From: a virus
Taxonomy: Duplodnaviria > Caudoviricetes
IMG/VR virus record: IMGVR_UViG_3300008255_000098
DNA length: 64,000 nucleotides
Strand: one strand, 5' to 3'
The number at the start of each line of letters is the position of its first letter. The stretch's first letter is position 1. The translations under genes and the position numbers were made by a program. Shown here in pieces: positions 39,732 to 46,850 of this stretch. The notes under the pieces were generated by a model. That model was not told the origin of the DNA and ran no database searches. It saw only the letters and a list, made by a program, of their open reading frames with translations.

Positions 39732-39810
39732 CGGCGTGTAGCCCAGTTTGGTTTAGGGCACCTGCTTTGGGAGCAGGAGGTCGTGGGTTCAAATCCCTCC
39801 ACGCCGACCA
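39732..39810 (+). tRNA. tRNA-Pro(TGG)
   Basis: TT-TGG-GA loop; CCA. Confidence 0.92.
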
Positions 39811-39875
39811 AAATTAAATCCGGTGGTGAGTATTGTGGTCCTAACAAGGATGGTTTTAGGATAATTTTTAATTTT

Positions 39876-39950
39876 GCGTCTGTAGTTCAAAGGACAGAGC
39901 ACGGGTTTCCTAAACCCGGAATGAAGGTTCGAGTCCTTCCAGATGCGCCA
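39876..39950 (+). tRNA. tRNA-Arg(CCT)
   Basis: TT-CCT-AA loop; CCA. Confidence 0.92.
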
Positions 39951-39964
39951 AATTTTTTTATCAT

Positions 39965-40042
39965 CAGTCAGAGTGCCATGAGGTAGGCAACCGCATTCGG
40001 ATTGCGGAAGACGTGTGAGTTCGAATCTCGCCTGACTGACCA
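39965..40042 (+). tRNA. tRNA-Pro(CGG), atypical positions 8-9
   Basis: CAGTCAG/CTGACTG acceptor; TT-CGG-AT loop; CCA. Confidence 0.82.
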
Positions 40043-40050
40043 AAATCTTT

Positions 40051-40213
40051 TCACCTATTATACTATTGATAATAAGCTGCGTCGCAGATTGAATCCTGCG
40101 ATTTTACCATTTATTTTAGGTGGGTCTGTGACGACCGAAGAAGAAAAAGAAGAAGAAGCCCGACCCATCAATTTTTTTGCTCTCTTCTTCTTTATGGGCA
40201 GTCTACTAGGTGA
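40051..40213 (+). ncRNA. Candidate pseudoknotted RNA
   Basis: TCACCTA/TAGGTGA closing stem, TCGCAG/CTGCGA, TGGGTC/GACCCA; loop AAAGAAGAAG complementary to downstream CTTCTTCTTT. Confidence 0.5.
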
Positions 40214-40220
40214 TAAATGG

Positions 40221-40292
40221 GGGGGTTTAATTTAATCGGGAAAATACATGCTTCGCAAGTATGAGTCATGGGATCGTAACCCATAACCTCCA
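40221..40292 (+). tRNA. tRNA-Ala(CGC)
   Basis: G3-U70; TT-CGC-AA loop; T-loop ATCGTAA; followed by CTA. Confidence 0.85.
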
Positions 40293-40379
40293 CTATCCGC
40301 AGTTTAGAAGTGCCAGCTAGGTTAGTGGTTCGTCAAGATGGCTTCCAGATAGCAGGAAGAGTAAAAGAATAAACAATAT

Positions 40380-40465
40380 GTCGATGTGGGGGAATGGCAG
40401 ACCCGCTAGTCTCAGAAGCTAGTTCCCGAAAGGGAGTGCAGGTTCAAGTCCTGTCATCGACACCA
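40380..40465 (+). tRNA. tRNA-Leu(CAG)
   Basis: CT-CAG-AA loop; long variable arm; CCA. Confidence 0.92.
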
Positions 40466-40537
40466 AATTTCGCAAGCTAAAATCCAGGCAATGACTTTGA
40501 ATTATTTGAGAGTTGATGGTTCTCATGCGAAATTTAT

Positions 40538-40622
40538 ACCGACGTGGGGGAATGGCAGACCCGCTAGTCTAAGAAGCTAGTATAGCGAAAGCTGTGTGCG
40601 AGTTCAAGTCTCGCCGTCGGTA
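40538..40622 (+). tRNA. tRNA-Leu(AAG)
   Basis: CT-AAG-AA loop; long variable arm; followed by CAA. Confidence 0.88.
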
Positions 40623-40665
40623 CAAATGTTTTTTCACACAATTTTCAGGTATAAGATAAATTCAT

Positions 40666-40742
40666 GGTGTCCATAGTGTAAACGGTGAACATGGTCGGTT
40701 GTGACCCGGCAGTTAGCGGTTCAAATCCGCTTGGACACACCA
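40666..40742 (+). tRNA. tRNA-His(GTG)
   Basis: TT-GTG-AC loop; G-1 encoded; discriminator A; CCA. Confidence 0.9.
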
Positions 40743-40798
40743 AGGTTTCATAAATATAATGGCGTCACAGTCACTAAATTGGTTTATTTTCGAAACAT

Positions 40799-40874
40799 GC
40801 CCAAGTACGCTAAAGGCAGTGCGGCTTTTCTCAAAAAAAAGTGGTTGTGAGTTCGACTCTCACCTTGGGTACCA
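40799..40874 (+). tRNA. tRNA-Leu(CAA) with short variable loop
   Basis: CTTTT/AAAAG stem, CT-CAA-AA loop, 5-nt variable region; CCA. Confidence 0.82.
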
Positions 40875-40895
40875 AAACAGGAATAAATAAAATCT

Positions 40896-41195
40896 ATGGA
40901 AACAACACCTAAAGCTGGAAAATTATACAAAGTGGTTGGTCCAGCAGAGTTTGTTCCAAATTTAGAAAGTTACGTCAGTTCATCATTCAAGTATCAATTA
41001 TATCGAATAACAGAAGAAATTCCTATAGGGGAAATTTTATTGTTTGTCGAAATACAACAAAACGTTGTTGAAAACAAATATTTACCTACTCTATTTGGTG
41101 ATAAAATAGAAATACTTCTTTACAAGTTCTTGTATGGGGAAAAAATCATTTATTTGGAGTGTTATAATGACGAAATGTTGCGTCAAGTGGAATAA
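40896..41195 (+). CDS. Hypothetical protein (small beta-barrel paralog family)
   Basis: IPIGEILLFV...YKFLYGEKIIYL. Confidence 0.6.
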   Translation: METTPKAGKLYKVVGPAEFVPNLESYVSSSFKYQLYRITEEIPIGEILLFVEIQQNVVENKYLPTLFGDKIEILLYKFLYGEKIIYLECYNDEMLRQVE

Positions 41196-41207
41196 CATTC
41201 AGCCAAA

Positions 41208-41301
41208 TAAACAAAAACGGAATAAGGTGTTGTCACTAGGTGAGTCTAAGACCTTCGAAACTTATCCACGTCAGCTATACTGTCGTGGGAGGGTAATTCA
41301 C
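41208..41301 (+). mobile_element. Truncated omegaRNA-like scaffold / IS right end (copy 3)
   Basis: AAACAAAAACGGAATAAGGTGTTGTCACTAGGTGAGTCTAAGACCTTCGAAAC...GGGTAATTCAC; homologous to copies 1 and 4. Confidence 0.65.
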
Positions 41302-41347
41302 CATAGCCACATGAATAAGTATTATAGATTGCCTAATATTAGGCTGA

Positions 41348-42256
41348 ATGGAAAAAAATATGCGTGCATTAGTTTTAGGTGGAGGAGGCGCTAAGGGCGC
41401 ATTTCAGGCTGGAGTTTTTAAATACCTAGCCGAACAGGGAGAAAAGTTTGAAATCATCTCTGGTACGTCTGTAGGCGCTTTGAACGGGTCTTTCCTGGCT
41501 CAGTATGTTTTAGGTGACGAAGCCAAAGCATCACAGGAGTTAATATCTCTTTGGGAAAAAATCGAAGATAAAAAAATCTATAAGAAATGGTATTTTGGTA
41601 TTCTTGGCAAAGCTCCATTTCTTATGCCAAGATGGCTAGGTGGAAAGAAAAGCATGTTTACCACAAAACCATTAGAAAACAATATCAGTGGACTTTTGGA
41701 TTTGGAAAGAGTTAGAAGTTCAGGACATAAACTCCGAATTAATACAATAAACATAGATACTGGTGAATTAGAAGTGTTTGATGAAGATTTTGACCTGCTC
41801 AAAAAAGCAGTTTTAGCAAGTTCTTCTTTTCCTCCTGCTTTTGCTCCGGTAGAAATCAATGGAATGAGATATTTGGACGCAGGCGCACGAGAAATAGTGC
41901 CAATAGAAGCTGCAATAAAAGCTGGTGCTACAGATATTGTTGTAATTGCTTGTAGCCCATACAATGTAATAGGAAATTTAGCTAAGAAGCCATCAGGGCT
42001 TGATATAGCATTTCGGACAATAGACGCAAGTGGGGTTGAAATAGAAAAATGGGATTTGAAAATTGTTGAATTATATAATGCTTTAATAAAATCTGATAGT
42101 CCAATGGCGGGAGATAAAAAGATAATAAAGGTTACAGTTATTCGTCCAAAACAAGCTTTGTTAAGTGACACTTTAGATTTTAACCCTGAGAGGATCAGAA
42201 CAAATATTGAAAGAGGATATTTAGCTGCACAAGGGTTAGACAAAGTTTTAGAGTGA
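41348..42256 (+). CDS. Patatin-like phospholipase
   Basis: LGGGGAKGAFQAG, GTSVG (GxSxG), YLDAG. Confidence 0.92.
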   Translation: MEKNMRALVLGGGGAKGAFQAGVFKYLAEQGEKFEIISGTSVGALNGSFLAQYVLGDEAKASQELISLWEKIEDKKIYKKWYFGILGKAPFLMPRWLGGKKSMFTTKPLENNISGLLDLERVRSSGHKLRINTINIDTGELEVFDEDFDLLKKAVLASSSFPPAFAPVEINGMRYLDAGAREIVPIEAAIKAGATDIVVIACSPYNVIGNLAKKPSGLDIAFRTIDASGVEIEKWDLKIVELYNALIKSDSPMAGDKKIIKVTVIRPKQALLSDTLDFNPERIRTNIERGYLAAQGLDKVLE

Positions 42257-42307
42257 AATATGTCAGCGAGCCTTGAGCACATAGGGCAAGTCCTACCGCT
42301 GACCCTC

Positions 42308-42382
42308 GCCTCATAAGCATAAATGGTGATGCACCGGCTTTGTAAACCGGAAAATTCGGTTCGATTCCGAAATGAGGCTCCA
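42308..42382 (+). tRNA. tRNA-Thr(TGT)
   Basis: TT-TGT-AA loop; CCA. Confidence 0.9.
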
Positions 42383-42408
42383 AAAAATTCTACTATATTG
42401 TAGAAAAC

Positions 42409-42479
42409 GCCCTGTTAGTATAATGGTATTACCCTCGCCCCGTAAACGAGGAACGTCGGATCGTTACCGACACAGGGCT
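42409..42479 (+). tRNA. tRNA-Thr(CGT)
   Basis: CC-CGT-AA loop (C33); T-loop ATCGTTA; followed by CTA. Confidence 0.85.
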
Positions 42480-42494
42480 CTAAGTTAAAAAAAT

Positions 42495-42569
42495 GCATCC
42501 GTGGTCTAATGGAAGGGCACTGGTCTACGAAACCAGTTCATGTAGGTTCGAATCCTGCCGGATGCGCCA
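42495..42569 (+). tRNA. tRNA-Arg(ACG)
   Basis: CT-ACG-AA loop; CCA. Confidence 0.92.
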
Positions 42570-42737
42570 AACGTATACAGAAAAATATACTAAATTAGTT
42601 TACAAGGCTGGGCGTTAAAAACCCATCCATTTACTTTTAATCCACAGGACGGAGAATTGTTCACCAGGGGTTAAGAACCTTTGATAGAAAGAGCGGAAGT
42701 GCATAAAGTTTTTGTAGAAACAATGAAATAATTTAAC

Positions 42738-42822
42738 AAATATTTTGGTAGCTCTATAATCTTGAGACATATAGGGCTGGTAGGCGAGGTCTCGGCCGGG
42801 TTCGAATCCCGCCAAAATATTT
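42738..42822 (+). ncRNA. tRNA-like RNA with a canonical T-arm and a pseudoknot in place of the D and anticodon arms
   Basis: 11-bp AAATATTTTGG/CCAAAATATTT stem; CGGGTTCGAATCCCG; GCTCTAT/ATAGGGC hairpin whose loop GAGAC pairs with GTCTC. Confidence 0.55.
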
Positions 42823-42896
42823 GCCTTTGTAGTATAATGGTATTACACTTGCCTGGTATGTAAGAAACGAGAGATCGATACTCTCCAAAGGCTCCA
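42823..42896 (+). tRNA. tRNA-Thr(GGT)
   Basis: CT-GGT-AT loop; T-loop ATCGATA; CCA. Confidence 0.88.
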
Positions 42897-43020
42897 AAAA
42901 ATAGTTTTGCGGTATTAATTGAATGGCTTAGTCCTGCTTGAGGTGTTTCTTACGACATTATCTGGTACTCCACTCTTGTTCTTCCAGCCTCTTCAAATAA
43001 GTATGTAACTCATATTTCAT

Positions 43021-43094
43021 GGGCAAATAACTCAGTGGCAGAGTGCCTCTTTTACATGGAGGAAACGGCAGTTCAATCCTGTCTTTGCCTACCA
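43021..43094 (+). tRNA. tRNA-Val(TAC)
   Basis: TT-TAC-AT loop; CCA. Confidence 0.9.
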
Positions 43095-43144
43095 ATAAAA
43101 CCACAGCAGGGAGATTGATTCGATACCAATATTCCGCACTGTAT

Positions 43145-43221
43145 GCACGATGGGCTGGCTGGGATTAGGCACCTTCTCGACATGGAGGATTAGACAGGTT
43201 CAATTCCTGTGTCGTGTACCA
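43145..43221 (+). tRNA. tRNA-Val(GAC)
   Basis: TC-GAC-AT loop (C33); atypical D-arm; CCA. Confidence 0.82.
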
Positions 43222-43349
43222 AATTTTGTAGGCTATGAGCATTATTACAATCTGTGAAGGAAACAAGTATTATATACATCAACAACGTATTTTTAGCGGT
43301 CTTTTTTTTGGCATGTGACACAAAGCTAAAATTTAGCATTTAGAGGTTT

Positions 43350-43592
43350 ATGAAAAAATTAAATTTAGGTATTCTTTATAAAAATGGGAAGGTAGTAGAT
43401 CATCGTTCAGCTTTACAGGTTTTTTTAAATCCCTTTTTACGAACAGCGGGATTTGAAATTTGCTCTATCTTTTTAGATGGGGAATTTGACAAATACGAAG
43501 TTAGAAAACTAGAAAAGGCGCAAGAATTTAATTTTGATTTATATTCTTGGAATGATTTTGATGAGGTAGAAAAGAAAAGACGAATAATATAA
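43350..43592 (+). CDS. Hypothetical protein
   Basis: ORF track; GAGG RBS. Confidence 0.55.
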   Translation: MKKLNLGILYKNGKVVDHRSALQVFLNPFLRTAGFEICSIFLDGEFDKYEVRKLEKAQEFNFDLYSWNDFDEVEKKRRII

Positions 43593-43596
43593 ATTT

Positions 43597-43667
43597 GCGG
43601 GTATGGTATAATGATATTATGTTTGGTTTCCACCCAAAGGATCTGAGTTTGATTCTCAGTACCCGCT
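43597..43667 (+). tRNA. tRNA-Gly(TCC)
   Basis: TT-TCC-AC loop; followed by CTA. Confidence 0.88.
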
Positions 43668-43689
43668 CTAAGTTAGTCAAATATTATTT

Positions 43690-43765
43690 CGGGCGTTAGT
43701 GAAAAGGATAATCACGCAGAACTCCGAATTCTGTATTACAAGTTCGATTCTTGTACGCTCGGCCA
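43690..43765 (+). tRNA. tRNA-Arg(CCG)
   Basis: CT-CCG-AA loop; CCA. Confidence 0.9.
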
Positions 43766-43880
43766 AATAATCTATGAAGCCTTATAGATAGTGGTTACAC
43801 ATGAGACTAGACTGGCGGTGGTTACACGCATTGTATCGTGTTTATGTGTAACCGTGTGGTCGCTCCACGATAGATTATTT
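43766..43880 (+). ncRNA. Candidate structured spacer RNA with a duplicated GTGGTTACAC motif
   Basis: 11-bp AAATAATCTAT/ATAGATTATTT closing stem; GGTTACAC (two copies) complementary to GTGTAACC. Confidence 0.5.
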
Positions 43881-43883
43881 TTT

Positions 43884-43954
43884 GCCTACGTTCTTAGGTT
43901 GAGAGCAAACGTTTCATAAGCGTTTTGGTGAAGGTTCGAATCTTTCCGTAGGCA
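43884..43954 (+). tRNA. tRNA(CAT), elongator Met or Ile2; reduced D-arm
   Basis: GCCTACG/CGTAGGC acceptor; TT-CAT-AA loop; no initiator GGG/CCC pairs; followed by CTA. Confidence 0.8.
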
Positions 43955-43977
43955 CTAATATTTCAATAATGAAATAT

Positions 43978-44048
43978 GCGGGATTGGTATAAAGGTATTA
44001 CACGACATTGCCAATGTTGAGACATCGGATCGTTTCCGATATCCCGCT
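43978..44048 (+). tRNA. tRNA-Gly(GCC)
   Basis: TT-GCC-AA loop; T-loop ATCGTTT; followed by CAA. Confidence 0.88.
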
Positions 44049-44081
44049 CAAAAATAACATTCTAAAATAGGAAATAATATC

Positions 44082-44534
44082 ATGTATATTGTAGAAAAAA
44101 ATTCCAAAAAAAAGGTAGATGCGGAAGAATGGTTTGAATTCGAATCATATGGAAAAATTATATATGACCCGCCTCGGCCAGGAATGAAAAAAAATAAAGA
44201 TTGGTGGGTTATCTTTTCTGTAGATCGTGAAATAACAAGATATTTTCGTTGGCAAATTTTGTGGAATTGGGGAATTAAATTATACCAACCGTCTTGGGAC
44301 GCACATATTTCTATTATTAGAGGCGAACGTCCTGCAAATGATAAGATGCATCTTTGGAAGAAATTTCATGGGCAAAAGTTCAAATTCAAGTATTCAAATA
44401 AAGTATTTCAGGCTGACAATAAGCCAGAATTCTGGTACATACACGCACAGAGTCCGATTATCAAGGAAATACGTGAAGATTTTGGATTTCAATCAGATTG
44501 GACATCTCATATAACAGTTGGAAAAACATGTTAA
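44082..44534 (+). CDS. 2H phosphoesterase family protein
   Basis: Two HxS/T motifs: AHISII and SHITVG. Confidence 0.75.
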   Translation: MYIVEKNSKKKVDAEEWFEFESYGKIIYDPPRPGMKKNKDWWVIFSVDREITRYFRWQILWNWGIKLYQPSWDAHISIIRGERPANDKMHLWKKFHGQKFKFKYSNKVFQADNKPEFWYIHAQSPIIKEIREDFGFQSDWTSHITVGKTC

Positions 44535-44563
44535 CAAATGTAACAAACTGGTTTACAACTTTT

Positions 44564-44598
44564 ATTAACTACCCACCCGCAACGGGTGGGTAGTTAAT
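44564..44598. repeat. Perfect 16-bp inverted repeat resembling IS200/IS605 end hairpins
   Basis: ATTAACTACCCACCCG-CAA-CGGGTGGGTAGTTAAT; GGTGGGTAGTT is shared with the end of copy 1. Confidence 0.75.
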
Positions 44599-44600
44599 CT

Positions 44601-44730
44601 AACGGCATTGCACATTTAAATTTTGATGGGGGTTAGTTCTAATCCTTCAATTGATTATATAGAATGCGTATATATTGGTGCAAGCTCATCTAAAGCCGCA
44701 CAGGCTAGAAAATTAGTGGCAAATGCTGTT
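44601..44730 (+). ncRNA. Candidate structured RNA upstream of tRNA-Ala(GGC)
   Basis: AACGGCATT/AATGCTGTT closing stem; TATATA/TATATA, AGCC/GGCT and GGGTTA/TAATCC hairpins. Confidence 0.4.
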
Positions 44731-44769
44731 TATCCAAAAGGTTATACACCTGGCAATTGAAACTTTTTT

Positions 44770-44841
44770 GGGGGTATGGTGTCAATGGGAACACGCTGAC
44801 TTGGCTAGCCAGAGTTTTGAGTTCGAGTCTCAATATCTCCA
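44770..44841 (+). tRNA. tRNA-Ala(GGC)
   Basis: G3-U70; TT-GGC-TA loop; followed by CTA. Confidence 0.85.
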
Positions 44842-44851
44842 CTAAATAAAT

Positions 44852-44945
44852 GGAAGAGAAACCAGTCAGGGTACTGGGCACGCCTGGAAAGCGTTGCGGA
44901 CGGGCTAAGAACCTGTTTGGGCTTCGATTGCTCTCGCTTCCGCCA
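44852..44945 (+). tRNA. tRNA-Ser(GGA)
   Basis: CT-GGA-AA loop; long variable arm; CCA. Confidence 0.88.
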
Positions 44946-45070
44946 AAATAAAGATGTATTCTTTTTAAATAGTAAAAAACGTGAGAAGTAAATTCAAGAT
45001 GCAACAAAAAAGTATTGTGAATATGTTGATTTGATTATCAAACAAACTATAAGCTATATTTAAACAAACT

Positions 45071-45161
45071 GGAAGGTAACCTATGACGGTGATTAGGCTT
45101 GCCTGCTAAGCAAAGTGGACTCGTGAAACAGTCTGGGGTTCGACTCCTCTGCCTTCCGCCA
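45071..45161 (+). tRNA. tRNA-Ser(GCT)
   Basis: CT-GCT-AA loop; long variable arm; CCA. Confidence 0.88.
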
Positions 45162-45244
45162 AGTTTAAACAAAATGGTTTAGATATTTTAGTTCAATCTA
45201 AAATTTTGTCGTGTTATAAAATATTGTTACGATAGGAAAAATAT

Positions 45245-46843
45245 ATGTGCGGAATTTTTGCCTATAAAGGAAGTTTGATTCCCTTTGAGGAACTAGAAAA
45301 GCAATTTATGAAATTGCAACATAGAGGACCAGACAACATGCAAATAGATGTTGACCCTCAAAAAAAAGTATTTCTAGGTTTTCATAGATTATCAATAATG
45401 GATTTAACTTCCAAAGGAAACCAACCATTTGTTGATGGTACAATACGTTTGTTGTGTAACGGAGAAATCTATAACCACGAGAGTCTAAAACAGGAAATAA
45501 ATTACAAATGTCACTCTGCAAGTGACTGTGAAATTTTACTACCACTTATTGAAAAATTTGGGTTGCTTGAAACATCTAAAAAATTAGATGCAGAGTTTGC
45601 ACTAATATGGTATGACCATAAAACACAAAAAATGATGGCTGCACGTGACCCAATTGGCATTCGTCCTTTATTTTGGGGGAAGACAACTTCTGGAGAAATA
45701 GCCTTTGCGTCCGAGGTCAAAGCATTAGTGGACATTTGTGAGTTTGTTGAAGCATTTCCACCGGGATTTATTTGGGATGGCAATGAATTAATTGAATTTA
45801 GTGATGCAGGCTGTCAGCCTAAAAAAACTCTTTCCGGGTCAGAGCCCATGAAAGAAAAAGAAGTCCTGTACGGAATATCCTATAAGCTTACAGAGGGTGT
45901 TAGAAAGAGGATGGGGGCTGACGCTCCGATTGGATTTTTGTTGAGCGGAGGTCTTGACAGTAGTCTAATTTGTGCTTTGGCAGCTAAAATCTCTGACAAG
46001 CCTATAAAGACGTTTTCTGTGGGGTCAAATATTGACGCAATTGATAATAAATATGCAGAATTAGTTGCAAAACATATTGGCGCTGAACATACTACAGTAT
46101 TGTTTACACAACAAGATGCAACAAGTAGACTAGATGAGCTAATTCGAAAATTAGAGACGTGGGATATTACGACTATCCGTGCTTCTGTTGGAATGGATTT
46201 TGTATGCGAGTGGATACATAAAAATACAAATATTAAAGTGTTGATGACAGGAGAAGTTAGTGATGAATTATTTGGATATAAATATACAGATTATGCCCCG
46301 AATGCAACTGAGTTTCAAAATGAAGCAATTAAAAGAATGAGAGAATTATACATTTATGACGTACTTCGAGCGGACAGGTGTATTTCTGGGCATTCGTTAG
46401 AAAGCAGAGTTCCTTTTGGAGATTTAAATTTTGTAAGCCATGTGATGAATATTCCAGCTGAAATGAAAATGAACACACACGGGCAAGGAAAATATTTATT
46501 ACGCAAAGCCTTTTCCAATATTAACCTTTTGCCGGAAGAAATCCTTTATAGAGAAAAGGCAGCGTTTTCAGATGCAGTTGGACACTCAATTGTTGATGGA
46601 ATTAAGTTTTATGCTGAAACCAACATAAGTGATAAAGAGTTATTAGATGCAAAACAAAAGTACAGTTATGGAACTCCTCTGACAAAGGAAGCTTTATTGT
46701 ATCGTAATATTTTTGAAAGACACTATCCTGGCAGAAGTGAGTTAATTAAAGATTTTTGGTTACCAAATAAAAATTGGGAAAATTGTAATGTTACTGATCC
46801 AAGTGCTCGTGTGTTGCCTAATTACGGAGACAGCGGCAAATAA
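45245..46843 (+). CDS. asnB: Asparagine synthetase B (glutamine-hydrolysing)
   Basis: MCGI N-terminal nucleophile, HRGPD, GFHRLSI, NGEIYNH, RDPIGIRPL, LSGGLDSS, TGEVSDELFG, ESRVPF. Confidence 0.96.
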   Translation: MCGIFAYKGSLIPFEELEKQFMKLQHRGPDNMQIDVDPQKKVFLGFHRLSIMDLTSKGNQPFVDGTIRLLCNGEIYNHESLKQEINYKCHSASDCEILLPLIEKFGLLETSKKLDAEFALIWYDHKTQKMMAARDPIGIRPLFWGKTTSGEIAFASEVKALVDICEFVEAFPPGFIWDGNELIEFSDAGCQPKKTLSGSEPMKEKEVLYGISYKLTEGVRKRMGADAPIGFLLSGGLDSSLICALAAKISDKPIKTFSVGSNIDAIDNKYAELVAKHIGAEHTTVLFTQQDATSRLDELIRKLETWDITTIRASVGMDFVCEWIHKNTNIKVLMTGEVSDELFGYKYTDYAPNATEFQNEAIKRMRELYIYDVLRADRCISGHSLESRVPFGDLNFVSHVMNIPAEMKMNTHGQGKYLLRKAFSNINLLPEEILYREKAAFSDAVGHSIVDGIKFYAETNISDKELLDAKQKYSYGTPLTKEALLYRNIFERHYPGRSELIKDFWLPNKNWENCNVTDPSARVLPNYGDSGK

Positions 46844-46850
46844 AGTATAA

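Noticed and set aside
42262-42303. GTCAGCG/CGCTGAC stem with internal alternative hairpins as a riboswitch
   Set aside because: No known aptamer consensus and no downstream coding gene to regulate; treated as one more folded tRNA spacer.
37466-45007. ORFs overlapping tRNA genes (37466-37738, 37537-37719, 39720-39986, 39789-40043, 42195-42383, 42615-42815, 44705-45007)
   Set aside because: They are antisense or overlapping translations of tRNA and structured RNA sequence, with no protein motifs.
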